A DNA stretch of 64,000 bases, taken from Eledone cirrhosa. Its lineage: Eukaryota. The position numbers were made by a program, and so were the translations under genes. This document shows positions 27,377 through 40,702 of the stretch, piece after piece; position 1 is the first letter of the stretch, and every line of letters starts with the position of its first letter. The notes under the pieces are model-generated. The model worked only from the letters and a program-made list of their open reading frames with translations, was not told the DNA's origin and searched no databases. Location: the NCBI GenBank assembly GCA_964016885.1, contig OZ024758.1, forward strand, positions 23,498,001 through 23,562,000. Reading direction: 5' to 3'.

Positions 27377-27430
27377 TCACATGACATGTTTACACACACA
27401 CATACACTCCCCCAGTAAAGCTTGTCATTC
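27377..27430 (+). promoter_or_regulatory. M-box/CLEAR-like site (TCACATGAC) and Inr-like TCATTC upstream of V0 d
   Basis: TCACATGAC 27377-27385 is GTCATGTGA on the minus strand (MITF/TFEB-type E-box); TCATTC at 27425-27430. Confidence 0.55.
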
Positions 27431-27493
27431 CATCTTCCCGTACATCGCCTGTTCCTTTTCTTGGTTTTCTACTCTGACTACACAGGCTTCAAT

Positions 27494-27617
27494 ATGATGT
27501 CTGAAATATCTTTTAACATTGACCATGGTTATTTGGAAGGCCTGGTCCGTGGCTTTAAAGGTGGTATACTAAAACAGTCCGACTACGTGAACCTGGTCCA
27601 ATGCGAAACATTGGAAG
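27494..27617 (+). CDS. ATP6V0D1: V-ATPase V0 subunit d exon 1 ([41 protein letters not shown])
   Basis: Conserved FN.D.GYLEGL.RG and [10 protein letters not shown] motifs; G|gtgagt donor. Start at ATG 27494 or 27497. Confidence 0.96.
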
Positions 27618-27706
27618 GTGAGTGCGATTCATTAATATATTCCGTGGGTGGTGGTTTACATTTGGTTTTCGGTATTTAAGCTGGACATATATACACACAC
27701 ACAGAC

Positions 27707-27739
<33 letters not shown>

Positions 27740-28619
27740 CAGATATATCTAAAATAGATCATTTAAAAAAATATATGATTATTACAGACACACGTATATA
27801 TATTATATATTGTTCATCCTCAATAATAATCATTAATATCGAGATAAATATGTTACACAGCTGAAGGTATCGATGTTCATTGTATGTTGAAGTATTTGTA
27901 CACTAATAAGTACATGAAGTCTAGCATACATCAAAATAATTAAGATATGTTATTAATAACGAAATTTGATGTAGTGGAGATGTTTAATAGTTGTACTAAT
28001 AAGTAATTACTCCTAATTACTTATTGGTACAAATTGATTCTCCATACGATCTGTACATCTATGGAAAATCCTCAAATTACTGGAAAGCACATCCGTAACA
28101 TAAAATAATGATTAATATCAAAAATAAAACTCTTTAAATTTTTTCGTGAAAAATATATTCCTTAGCAATCCAAACGTGTTCTTAGCTACTTAATAGTTGT
28201 TTAAGTGTGATGGGGGAACATTTAAGGGCAATTTAGAGCTTAATATATTATCTTCTCCGTTTACATGTATGTTGTATATATGTTGACATTGGAGAGGGTT
28301 CGGAATAATTTACAGAGATCAAGGGTTACCAACTAGAGACATGTTGAATTGTGTATTCAACAACCCAAAGCCAGCCTTTCCCTAATATGTACTACAATCA
28401 CTTGTGGAAGTCATTTCATATTTTGACAATGAAAATTTCAGCTACGGGGATCAAAAGAAATATTACATTTTCGTCTTTTTTCATCATTTAGTTTATAACG
28501 ACACAATTATATATCAGAAGTCGTGGTTATCATTGATAATAACTAATTCATGCAAATTTAGAACCACTGTTCTACGTGAGTAAATACACACATATCTCTG
28601 AGTCTGTCTGTCTGTCTGT

Positions 28620-28650
<31 letters not shown>

Positions 28651-28926
28651 CGTATTTGTATGTGTATAATTGTATGGCTATGTATGTATGTGTGTATACA
28701 CATTTATATATATATATATATATGTGTTATTCAGTTGATGGAAGTTGGTTGATCAAATAATCTATCGACTTTTTCGTAAACAGATCTAAAGAACTCAGCG
28801 ATTTGTATTCCTTAGGATTTCCTCTGTAAGGTATCAACCAGAGTTTTAATATAATAAAACCGTCTCTCTTATATATATATATATATTCAAAATATTAATA
28901 AATATAGACATTCATGTGATCAAATA

Positions 28927-28992
28927 TATTTTATTATACATATTTCAGAGGTACTGAGCTATTTCAACAGTACGTCCTCATCAGATAAAATA
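28927..28992 (-). ncRNA. Minimal type I hammerhead ribozyme
   Basis: Minus: tattttat-CTGATGA-ggacgtactg..cagtacctct-GAAA-tatgta-TA-ataaaata. Confidence 0.8.
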
Positions 28993-29337
28993 AGTTGATG
29001 CCTGACATACCTTGACTCTGTTGATGGTTAAAATTCAGTCATGGCATATATATATATATATATATATATAATGTTTCATATAGAAATGGCTTCTACAGGA
29101 CTAGAACTGTTTCCTTATATTAAACATTATATATATATATAACGAAGGAACCAGATGGACCATAACGCACCAGAGTACTGAATACTTAGGGTAGTACAGT
29201 CCAGAAATAGCCGTTGAAACGGCTTGAGCTCTGCTGTCGGGGTCAAATATTTTCCTATATATATATATATATATATATATGTTGATTCAAAACTGCACTA
29301 TCTACAAGTGTTTTTTAACCTTCATATCATGTCCTCC

Positions 29338-29408
29338 TATTTTATCTGATGAAAACACAAATGTTATTGCATGATGATATTTGTTTTTGAAATGCGGATA
29401 ATAAAATA
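29338..29408 (+). ncRNA. Minimal type I hammerhead ribozyme (divergent stem II)
   Basis: tattttat-CTGATGA-aaacacaaatgtta..tgatatttgttttt-GAAA-tgcgga-TA-ataaaata. Confidence 0.78.
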
Positions 29409-29453
29409 CATGGAACTCATTTAACCATCTTTTGATCTTATATATTATATATA

Positions 29454-29518
<65 letters not shown>

Positions 29519-30567
29519 GAGTATTTGCGGTGCGAAAAGACCGGAAAAACCACAAATCAAAGTAGTATTCGATGCATGGTACACACATATATATATTGAT
29601 TGATTGGTCGTAAAATACTAATCAATAAATACATTGTTGGCATCAACTACAGTATCTTATTGGTTCTTGTAGTTCTCCGAGGACAAGAAAAGCCAAATCA
29701 ACAATTTCTTGCTCATACGTTATAAAATGTTGACTTTATTTATCAGAAACCGTGATATGAAAGTGGCACAGTTTATTATCACATGATTTTTATTCATTAC
29801 TTGAAATTTTCTTGCCAACTCTTGGGTAACTAGAACACTCGTTGTAAATGCCCCAAATATATCTATATTTTGGTTTAAATAAAAATAGATGTATATATAA
29901 ATAACAATAATGATTTCTACTATAGGCACAAAGCTAGTAAATTGTTTTTTTTTTTGGGGGGGGGGGGGGGGGGGGAATTGGAAGTCGATTAAATCGACAC
30001 CAGTTCATTACTGGTGCTTTATTTTATCGACCTCGTAAGGATGAAAGCTAACCTCGGCAGGATTTGAACTCAGAACGTAAAGGGCTGTGAGTTCAAATAA
30101 TAACAACAATAATAATGATTGTTTCTACTTTAGGCACAAGGCTAGCAATTTTTAAGGGAAGAGGAAAGTCGACTAATTCGACCCCAGTGCATTACTGGTA
30201 CTTTATTTTATCTACCTTTAGTTTCTAATTGAGACACAAGGTCACACATTTAGGGGGAGTGGTTAGTCGATTGAATCGTCCCCCAGTTCTCGTATCCGTT
30301 TAATCGACATTATCTTAGCCAACAATTATCTTAGCCAAAATAATTACCATGACGAAATTTACTTATCGTTATTCGATTTTAAACGTTTATATTGTTAATA
30401 TCGGCTTTCTTCCATTCAGTTGGTATGATTGAATAAAATGCTTTGTTAAATTCCTTGCCAGCTTCTCAATGAATCCCTCGGTTTGACATAGTTCTATCCT
30501 GAATTTAGTAAAATCGAATTGATAATGTCGATTACTTGGTTAGCTCTACAAGATCCAACTTCTGTTG

Positions 30568-30603
<36 letters not shown>

Positions 30604-32689
30604 TGGTTATGATGTGTTAACTCAAGATAATTAAAATACCGAAATCTTTTGACAATACTAACAACAGCAACAAAATAATCTATTTGAAATTCTTTTAACC
30701 ACACATGATGATAGTCAACGATGGAACGAACCTCTGTGTGAAATAGTAACAATTGTTTCTACTTTTTGGCAGAAGGCCAGCAATCAACCAGTGTATTACT
30801 GGTACTTTATTTTATCGACCCCGTAAGGATGAAAGGCAAAGTTAACCTCGGCGTGGTTTGAACTCAAATCGTAAAGGCCGTGAAATAGTAACAGTATCTT
30901 CCTCAAATTACATCCTTATCGCATTTTAAAAAAATGGAAAAATACATTAGGTAATTAGTACTAGATACCTATAAAAAACAGGATGGGTTGACTGAAATGT
31001 CTCGAGGTTGACCTCGGACTAAAAACATCTTATTCAATCTCTATTTTTGTTCATATTTTATTCATCCTTAAGTGGTCGATAAAATAAAGTACCACGAGTC
31101 GATTTAATCGACCCCCACCCCCCCAACTCCCACCCCAAAATTGCTGGCCTTGTGCCTAAACCAGAAACCATTATTTTTACTCACATATCCTTCTGGGGTC
31201 GATAAAATAAAGTACCAGTCACGCACTGGGGTCGATTTAATCGACTTTTCTCCCACCCACTTCAAATTGCTGACTTTGTGCCTAAAGTAGAAACAATTAT
31301 TCTATTACGTATTCTAGCCGACAGGCTGAGGCCATGCTGGGGCAACGACATTGTATGCAGTGGTAAAATACCTTCTCTCGGCATTGCAGTTGTTGCGCAT
31401 ACTTCGTTACAGAATGGTGGTGGTGTTTTAGGAGTGGACGACCTCAGTCAGCTAATGTTGACTTCGATATAATTTAACTACATATCCCCACGTTACTAAT
31501 ATCTGATATATTTTCAACGTTGACTGACCTATTTATTATAGTTTACATAAAACTGGTTAGTTAACATGATATAGTGATACAGTTATTTCATTAATGCCAC
31601 TCTCTTTGTCCGTTCATTTTCATATTGTTTTCTTACGTTCTTTCATTTAACATCTGTTAAACACAATTATCTGTAAAGCTTAGATTATATTTATTTCATG
31701 TTTTAGTATAAGTTGCAATCATTAGTTGAGAAAAAGAAATAAAATGACTGAATCAATTCGATGTTTTTAATTACAAGAGGTGTGGTAGCTAAGTTGTTAA
31801 ATTTCTATATTAATGGACTCAAAAGTCGTTACTTCAATACCCTATACCTAATATCATTTAGTAGCCTTTGTAAAATGCACGTCTAAGTAGGGGGTTTCAT
31901 ACTTGATGGTTGATACATTTGTTTGGATGATCATTGTACTGTGACAAACATTTTAATAAAAATCATATAGCGTTGAATAAGGACTGATTTTATATCGTTT
32001 AGTCATTATATATGTGTGTGTGTGTGTAGAAGGTAAACAGAAAAAAACAACAACAATCGGTACAGTATATGGAAAGAGTATATTAGTTTAATGTTTGAAA
32101 TAGCAGGAAGAGGGTCTTAACGTTTGAAACGCTAGTCCTTCTTCAGAAGAAAGATTGAATGGATGGGCAGAGCGGACTCGGAAAGAATGTTTTTAGAGAA
32201 AAATAACGGGTCCATTTATGTTGCCATCTCTTGGAAAACTGTTGATGCTGAGGTTTTGTGTATTATATATATATATATATATAATAATTGTTTCTACTTT
32301 AGGCACAAGGCCAGCAATTACCCAGTGCATTACTGGTACTTTATTTTATCGACCCCGTAAGGATGAAAGGCAAAGTCAACCTCGGCGGGATTTGAACTCG
32401 GATCGTAAAGGGACGTAACTATGCTGGAAAGCATGGCGTCCGAGGAATTGACGGACCCAGCATATTTATCAATGCCATGGAGATATACATATATTTGTCC
32501 AACCCGCGCAAGCATGGAAAAGCGGACGTAAAAACGCTGATGATGATGTTGATTTGTCTGAGTGGTAAATTGTTCCTTACTGTCAATATTTCTTGGTTTG
32601 GCACACTTATTGTTATGGAACCATTACAGACGCTCAAACAATCACATTACTTCTACATAATCTTTTATATTTTTTGTTTAGGTTTGGAG

Positions 32690-33190
32690 AAAAGGGCAGT
32701 ACCCATGGTTTTGAAGCCCCTCCAAAACCGTTGAGATTGGAGTTGCTAATATTTAATATTCTGCTTAAACTGTTGATGACTGCAGGAGAGATGCTAAGAG
32801 CAGGAAGCCCAAATTAATGACGTTCTAGTGAGGAAGGCCTGGGAATGGTGGTTAATTTATGGGTTGGACACATGATGGGAGATGACAGGAGGAGAGTTTG
32901 GAGTGTCTGCATGCAGGTGGCATGAGATCCACCAGATCCAAGAAGCAGACTCCATTTTAGGGAGTGATTTAATTACAATCAGTCAAATAGTCTTTCTCTA
33001 GATGTGGTTTAGGATGTCTATCTGTGTGTGTTTAGCAACACCACTCCAGATGTAAGTACAATACTCCATTGTGGGTCTCACCTCGGCTTAAAATTTTGGA
33101 TGACGAAGTATTTTCTGGCTCTAAAGCTAGGATGCAGTTTTTGCTAAGCTAAAAAAATATGTTCACCAGGAGAAATTCTCAGTGATAGTG
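32690..33190 (-). mobile_element. Degraded CR1/Jockey-group LINE fragment
   Basis: Minus reads AEVRPTMEYC.YIWSG; similar segment at 400-760. Confidence 0.55.
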
Positions 33191-35075
33191 AGGCTTAGCA
33201 TTTGGTGGGATCATCAGAGAGGGTTGTGAGGGCAGAGTCCTCAAACACTCCCTCCAGTGGGCTCTGTCTGAAGCAACCATCTCCAACTGATTCGCCTGGA
33301 TCTCCAAGCGTGACAAGCCAAGCTCATGGATGTTATCCAACCATCTTGCTCAGAGTCGACCCCTGGGTCTCCTGCCGGTTGGTTTTTGTCTGTTAAGTCT
33401 GTCCAGTGATTTTTCCTAAGACATTCTAACCACATGCTCATAGTATCAGAGCTGTGATCTCTCAATTCGGAGAAGTAGCAGCTCTACCTGGAGTGTCTCT
33501 TTGATCTCCAAGTTACACACTTTATCGAGTAACGTTATTCCAAAACCCTTCGGAAGAACCCGATTTCGGCCACTTGTATTCACGATTGATATTCAAAGTT
33601 TCTTATAATAGATTACTAATAGCTTCTTGGAGGAGAGATACTGCTTACAGCAGATTTCTATACTAAAATACCTGAATGAAAAATTGGTACACTGTGTATG
33701 AAAATGCTGTTCTCTCTAGATAATGGCACTAAAAGGACTTTGATTTAATCATTTAGCATTATTAAATGTTGTACTAACAATGTACATTGTTAGTGTATTC
33801 TTGCTAAAGTGTTTCTTTTTCATAGGCAATGTATTTGAAAATGTTTTCAATAGATTTCTAATGCTTTATTGACACTAGACAAAGTAACAACTCTGTTCTA
33901 TCACTAGAGTAAACAATATTATTAACCTGATATTGAGTAGATCTTCATTTTGTGAAGTAGGACGTCTGCCAACAAGGGAACATGGTGGTTAACCTTTTTG
34001 TGATTGTATTTCTTATGAAATATTTATTATTTCATGAGGATTTACTAAAATTATTATTTCTTCACTAAGATAGTAACTTAACATATGGTTCTTATTTAAA
34101 TTAAAATCTAACAATTTAATATAGGAACCTTTTAAAACAGATGGTTTTGTTTTATAGAATAGAACCAGGTATAGCTTCAGTAAGCTTGATATCTAAAGGG
34201 TTAATAATAATTGTTTCTACTTTAGGCACAAGGCCAGCTATTTGAAGGGGAGAGGAAAGTCGATTAAAATCGACTGATACTTTATTTTATCGACCCTTTA
34301 ACCCTTTAGCATTTAAACCGGCCATATCTGGTCAGAATTCTCTCCTCTTTCTGTTCAAACTGGCCAAAACTGGCTGCTCATACTGAAATTAAGGTATTGT
34401 TCTCAAAATAAATATGAAAATCTCGTAGATTCGATATTATGTGAGATAAAGCCTTTACCACAAAAATACAATAGTATATATAGAGTAATGTAAATGCTAA
34501 AGGGTTAAGGATGAAAGGCAAAGCTAATCTTGGCGGGATTTGAATTCAGAACGCAAAGGGCCACAACTTTATGCTGCAACGCATAGTGTCTGACGTTCTA
34601 CCAATACTGCCAATGAACCTAATGACAATGATAGGAGCTAGTTAAATAATTAAACATTTTCTCTTTTGAAGAAATTTTGATTCAATACAAGAAGTTTACT
34701 AAGAAGGAAGACATTAAAGATAGGTTTTTATATATTTTAAAGAAGTTTATCATTTTCCATCACTTGGTCATATTTTTTTCAATCTGGTATGGGTTAGTTT
34801 AAAAGTTTTGTCACTTGTATATGCAGGGTGTCCCCCAAAAATATATACACACTTCGATTACCTGTACAGGCAATATTTATTAGAACGCTGTTGAAGTGTG
34901 TATACATTTTTTTGGACATCCTGTATTATTGAAGAGTTTCCATAGTCAGCTCACCATGTACTAACTTACAGCACAAAAGAAGCTTTCACATTACTGCTCC
35001 ACCCATTGGAAATAGCAGTCAGATCTCCCTCAAATAACATCATAACTGTCTAAAATAAAGAAAGAAACATTAGAC

Positions 35076-35267
35076 CAGGCATGTCAGACATGTGGTCCTT
35101 TACAAGCACACCTGTAGCCTGCACAAAGGTTTTTACAGTGTGAGCATGTTTTATCTTCGTAATGTAAAATTTAAAAAAAATGTTGTAATGTATGCAATTA
35201 GTTGTCATGTGTGACCCTTAGACAACACATATGTGGCCCTCGGGTGACCCTCAGTTTGACATGCCTG
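35076..35267. mobile_element. hAT (Charlie-like) MITE with 8-bp TSD CATTAGAC
   Basis: TIR CAGGCATGTC; perfect TSD; same family as 8129-8281. Confidence 0.9.
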
Positions 35268-36185
35268 CATTAGACAATATAGTCCCTGATTAGATACAAA
35301 AAGATGAGAATACTCATTATCCATATAATCTGCTTGATCAAAGCTGACCTGGTGCTAAATAAAAACAGCACTTCACTGGATACTCTATAATAATAATAGT
35401 GAAATTATTGTGTACAGTGCTCAGGTGCACTACAACTCATCAAAGGTGCTCTGTCATTTTCTGAAAGCTTCACTCATTCTATCAGGAATTATTTTGGGTG
35501 TATGAAATGTATTGTAGCAAGTAGTCTTTACATCAGGTTTTGTACATATAGATGCAGTAGCAGAAATGTGTAATGTAGTTTAGTTAGTGTGAAGTAATTG
35601 TGATCCTTAAGATTTTGTGTGTCCAACCATGAAGAAGTTCTGGTGTCAGTATGAACATCAGTTGTAGCGCTGTCATCAGTCTAATTAGGGCCTGCAAAGG
35701 TCATACCTTCTGAATTTGGGGTATTGACTGGGTGAAGAATATGATCATGAATACAAGAGAGATCACAGCTCTGATACTACGGGCATGTAGTTAGAATGTT
35801 TCAGGAAAGAATCATTGGATAGATCTTATGGATAAAACCAACCGACAGGAGACTCAGAGGTAGACCAGGAGTAAGATGGTTGGATAGCATCCATGATGAG
35901 CTTGGCTAGTCTGGTCTTGGGGATCCAGCTGGACCAGTTGAAGACGGTTGCTTCTAGCAGGACCCGCTGGAAGGAGTATTTGAGGACTCTACCACAACAA
36001 CCATCCCAGAAATAAGTGGGCGAAGAAAAAGGGTCATGCCTGTGACCCTTCTCTTTTGATAATTTTCAAAACAAAAACAACACCCAAAAAATAATAATTC
36101 AGGAAAAATGCACCAAACTGCAATCCTTGATCATCATCATCATCGTTTAAGGTCCATTTGTCCACGCTAGCATGAGTTCTATCAC

Positions 36186-36366
36186 ATGACTTTTATATGG
36201 TAAATTCCCTTCAATGTCTCAAGTGAATAATATGACTTTTATATGGTAAATTCCCTTCAATGTCTCAAGTGAATAATATGACTTTTATATGGTAAATTCC
36301 TTTCAATGTCTCAAGTGAATAATATGACTTTTATATGGTAAATTCCTTTCAATGTCTCAAGTGAAT
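36186..36366. repeat. 46-bp tandem repeat x4
   Basis: atgacttttatatggtaaattcccttcaatgtctcaagtgaataat at 36186, 36232, 36278 and 36324. Confidence 0.95.
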
Positions 36367-36405
36367 ACTAATATCTATTTAATAAGCAACCTTTGATTAC
36401 TTCAG

Positions 36406-36577
36406 ATTTAAAACTCCATCTCCAAAGCACTGACTATGGTAATTTTTTGGCAAACGAGCCAAGTCCTCTAACAGTGAATGTGATTGATGAACGTCTCCGA
36501 GAGAAGCTAGTGATTGAGTTCCAACATCTACGTAACCATTCTCTAGAACCTCTGGCAACTTTCCTTGACTATATCAC
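36406..36577 (+). CDS. ATP6V0D1: V0 d exon 2 ([22 protein letters not shown]...ATFLDYIT)
   Basis: ttcag/gtaagt, 172 nt; ORF 36393..36581. Confidence 0.97.
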
Positions 36578-37743
36578 GTAAGTATTGAACCAATTATTAT
36601 TTTCTTGTATACCAAGAATCACAAGTAGGACTAAGTTGTTATAGTTGTCTCAAAGTCTTTTACATATGATTTCATTCCTATTTATTCTGTACTGATATAC
36701 GAAAGTCAGCTAAAATGTTCAGGAAATGGCCAAATGAGGTTTATTTTTCAACATACAATAACATGAAGGAAAAATGTCACGTATATGACGAGTTTCTAGA
36801 AGGAAGGAATTCTATCATTAAGTTGAAAATATGTTTGAAAGTGTAACAACAGTACATGTGACAATGAAAATACAAGGGTCGGGTGAAAATTTCATAGGCT
36901 GACTAAGATACTGTCATGGAATGACCAAATGAAGTTTATTTTTCAACATAGTCCCTGGAAAGAAACAATCAGCGTATGAACTTTTCAGCTGACCCTTGTA
37001 TATAAGTCCCTGGAAAGAAACAATGCAGTTGTTAATAAGAGTTTGAAATTAATGCATGCAAGATTTCACAACTCTAGCATCAATCCTTCATAGTCAGCCT
37101 ATGAACTTTTCAGCTGACCCTCGTAGACCAAGTCAGTACTGAAGCGCAGCTACTGACCTCCCGCACAGGCTGGGGGTTCTGTGACTTGCTTACGTACAGT
37201 CTCACGTTCCACTGAGTGCACAAGAGAGGTTGTTATGTCTTTGACACAACTGAAGAGTCTTTGAATATGCAAAGTCAACCATAGCTGTTTTCAATTCAGA
37301 ACTGTGAGAGAAGAAGCTAAATATTAAGCATTTAGTTCACTGCTTCTGTAATTTTGTGTAAACATCTTTAAATTGTTTTAATGGATAAGAACAATGTGTT
37401 GTATTCAAAAGAAGGCGTAAACTTCACTTAATTTAACCCTTTAGCATTTAAACTGGCTGTATCCGACCAGAAATCTCTCACCTCTTTCTGTTCAAACTGG
37501 CTATAACTAGCCAGTCGTACTGATGTTAAGGTATTGTTTTCAAAATAAATATATCAAAATCTCATAGATTCTATATTATGTGAGATAAAGCATTTACCAT
37601 GAAAAAACAATAGTATATATAGAGTAATGTAAATGCTAAAGAGTTAAAAATGAATTTTAAAATTCTTAATAGTGATTCTAGTCATAAGGATTTCAATGTT
37701 GATTAGTTAAATTGAATTTTTTTTTTTTTTGGTTTTGTTTCAG

Positions 37744-37922
37744 TTACAGCTACATGATTGACAACATCACTCTATTAATTACTGGTACCGTTCATCAACG
37801 ACCAATCTCTGAGCTGATTCCCAAGAGCCATCCACTGGGAAGCTTTGAACAGATGGAAGCAATCCATATCGCCTCCACTCCAGCTGAACTCTACAATGCT
37901 GTCTTAGTTGACACTCCTCTTG
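37744..37922 (+). CDS. ATP6V0D1: V0 d exon 3 ([40 protein letters not shown]...VLVDTPL)
   Basis: tttcag/gtatgt, 179 nt. Confidence 0.97.
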
Positions 37923-37991
37923 GTATGTGAAACAATTCTTATTTCATTGGATTAAAAATTGGAGAAGTGGTTGATGCAACATGCTTGGTTT

Positions 37992-38640
37992 TCATCATCA
38001 TTGTTTAACGTCCATTTTCCATGCTAGCATGGGTAGGACGAGCTACCCCTTTGTGAGAGATCTGGTCGGAGGACCGTGTTTCACTCACGCAGGGCAGATA
38101 TTGGCTTGGTTTCTATGGCTGGATGCCCTTCCTAACATCAAACACATTTACAGTGTGTGCTGGGTGCTTTTTGTTGTGACACCCACACAACCACCTTACA
38201 GCGTTGACTGGGTGCTTTTTGTTGTGACACCTACACAACCACTTTATGGCGTAGACTGGGTGCTTTTTGTTGTGACACCTACACAACCACTTTATGGCGT
38301 AGACTGGGTGCTTTTTGTTGTGACACCTACACAACCACTTTATGGCGTAGACTGGGTGCTTTTTGTTGTGACACCTACACAACCACTTTATGGCGTAGAC
38401 TGGGTGCTTTTTGTTGTGACACCTACACAACCACTTTATGGCATTGACTGGGTGCTTTTTGTTGTGACACCTACACAACCACTTTATGGCGTAGACTGGG
38501 TGCTTTTTGTTGTGACACCTACACAACCACTTCACAGCATGAACTGGATGCTTTTTGTCATGACACCCACACGACCACCTTACAGCGTTGACTGGGTGCC
38601 TTTTGTCATGTCGCCAACAAGACCACTTTACAGTGTGGGC
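37992..38640 (-). mobile_element. SINE A-related 3' part with 48-bp tandem expansion
   Basis: About 10 units of gttgtgacacctacacaaccactttatggcgtagactgggtgcttttt; gives the spurious 220-aa ORF. Confidence 0.88.
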
Positions 38641-38827
38641 TAGAGGTTTCGCTGGATGTATATTTCAGCTTGTCCTCATGGGAGTTGTATGGGAGTGAGT
38701 GGGGAGAGACAGGGTGATGGCCCTTTATTTGTTTACCTTATAAACAATTCTGACTATTACTACTACTACTACTACTATTACCACTACTACTACTATTACC
38801 ACTAGTACTATTTTTTTCAATTTTCAG

Positions 38828-38907
38828 CACCATATTTCATTGACTGTATTTCTGAACAAGATCTCGATGAAATGAATGTTGAAATCATTCGAAATACTCT
38901 CTACAAG
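38828..38907 (+). CDS. ATP6V0D1: V0 d exon 4 ([27 protein letters not shown])
   Basis: ttttcag/gtaaat, 80 nt, phases consistent. Confidence 0.97.
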
Positions 38908-39670
38908 GTAAATAAATATTATTTTTTTTCCTTTTACTTTGTTATTTGTAAAAATTATTTTAATTCCTTCATTTATCATTAAACTGTTTTTACGGTTAGA
39001 TGCCCTTCCTAACACAAACCACATTTACAGTGTGGATTGGGCGCTTTTTGTCATAACACCAATATGACCACTTTACAGTGTGGATTGGGCGCATTTTGTC
39101 ATAACACCAACATGACCACTTTACAGTGTGGACTGGGCGCTTTTTGTCGTGTCACCAACATGACCACTTTATAGTATAGACTGGGTGCTTTTTATTGTCA
39201 CCAACACGACCACTTTATAGTATAGACTGGGTGCTTTTTATTGTCACCAACACGACCACTTAATTTGATAATAAATTTGATAAAAATGAGGTCTTTAGTT
39301 TAATTCTTGTCTGTTTTGATCATCTCTTGGATTACTTTCAAGTATTTGGGTTCTTATTCTGTGCCAAAAGATTGTTCATAGTTGACCAAGCTTACCCAAC
39401 ATCAATATCATCACCATCGTTTAACTTCCATCTTCCACGCTTGCATGGGTTTGGACGGGAGTTCTCCCACTTGAGGCAAGATTGGTTGTCTTGCTCGTAT
39501 AGGACTGTCTGGCGGGTTTTCTACGGCTGGATGCCCTTCCTAACACCAACCACGTTATACATAAATATTGATTTTTAAAGTATTTAATCTCCACATACAC
39601 ATTGAAGGTTTCAGAATTTTAATACATTCAGTTTTAAAGTATATTAACTTATAAATATATTAATTTACAG

Positions 39671-39748
39671 GCATATCTTGAAGACTTCTATAACTTTTGT
39701 AAAGAACTCGGTGGTGCCACAGCTGAAGTCATGTGTGAAGCTCTTGAA
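39671..39748 (+). CDS. ATP6V0D1: V0 d exon 5 ([26 protein letters not shown])
   Basis: tttacag/gtaagt, 78 nt. Confidence 0.97.
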
Positions 39749-40174
39749 GTAAGTATCATCATCGTTTAACGTCCATCTTTCACGCTGGTATGGGTTGGAC
39801 GGTTTTGTGCCACTTGAGGTGGGATTGGTTGGGAGACTGTGTCTCACTCGTACAGAATTGTCCCTGGCAAGTTTTCTACGGCTGGATGCCCTTCCTAACA
39901 CCAACCACATTTACAGTGTGAACTGGGAGCCTTTTTGTTGTGTTTCCTACACAACCACTTTACAGAGAACGGAAATGGGAGAATGTAGTAGGGTGTGTGG
40001 GTTGGGGTGTATATTGGGTTAAGAGGTGCCTACTGACTGTTGGTTTAAGTTTGTATGCAAGGGAAAGTGGGTCTTCTGTACAACTGCATAGCGCCAAAGA
40101 TCTCGATCCAGTGACATTGTCTTAGAGAGGTGTAAGTATATATTTAAATGAAACATCAAATATACCTTGAATAG

Positions 40175-40460
40175 TGGAGGTGTGTGGCCTAGTGGTAAGT
40201 GTGTTGGATTTATGATCATAATGTTGTGGGTTTGATTCCTGGATTGGGTTGTGTGTTGTGTTCTTGAGCTAGACACTTCATTTCACATTGCTCCAGTATA
40301 CTCAGCTGAAAATGAGTACCAGCAATAGCTGGGGGTTTAACTTTGCAATAGACTGGCATCCTGCCCAGGGGGGAAAGTCTTGTACTCTCAGTTGCTTCAC
40401 GCCATGGAAACTAGGATAAGCACCGGCCAGATGTGCCTCAGGGCTCGAGACAGACTTTAG
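40175..40460 (+). mobile_element. tRNA/CORE SINE with alternative 3' domain
   Basis: Related head and CORE, then gactggcatcctgcccagggggg..ttgcttcacgccatggaaactaggataagc. Confidence 0.75.
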
Positions 40461-40702
40461 TACCTTGACTATATTATAATTCATGGTCCCAATCTGATTT
40501 CATAAATCTTCTAATTCATAGAATCATAGTATCCACAGCATTTCTAATGACAACTGCTTGTCCCCTATCTAAAAATCTCATGTCCTTTTCATTCACCAGG
40601 TATTTGGAAATATCGTTTTACTTTTGTATTTCCATGCGTGGCTCTATCAATATTCTCTTACATATCTCTGTTACAATAAAATTGAGTTAGCCTCGGATTT
40701 AT

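Noticed and set aside
37981-38643. 220-aa ORF with VDWVLFVVTPTQPLYG repeats
   Set aside because: Reading-frame artefact of a 48-bp minisatellite in a SINE, within V0 d intron 3
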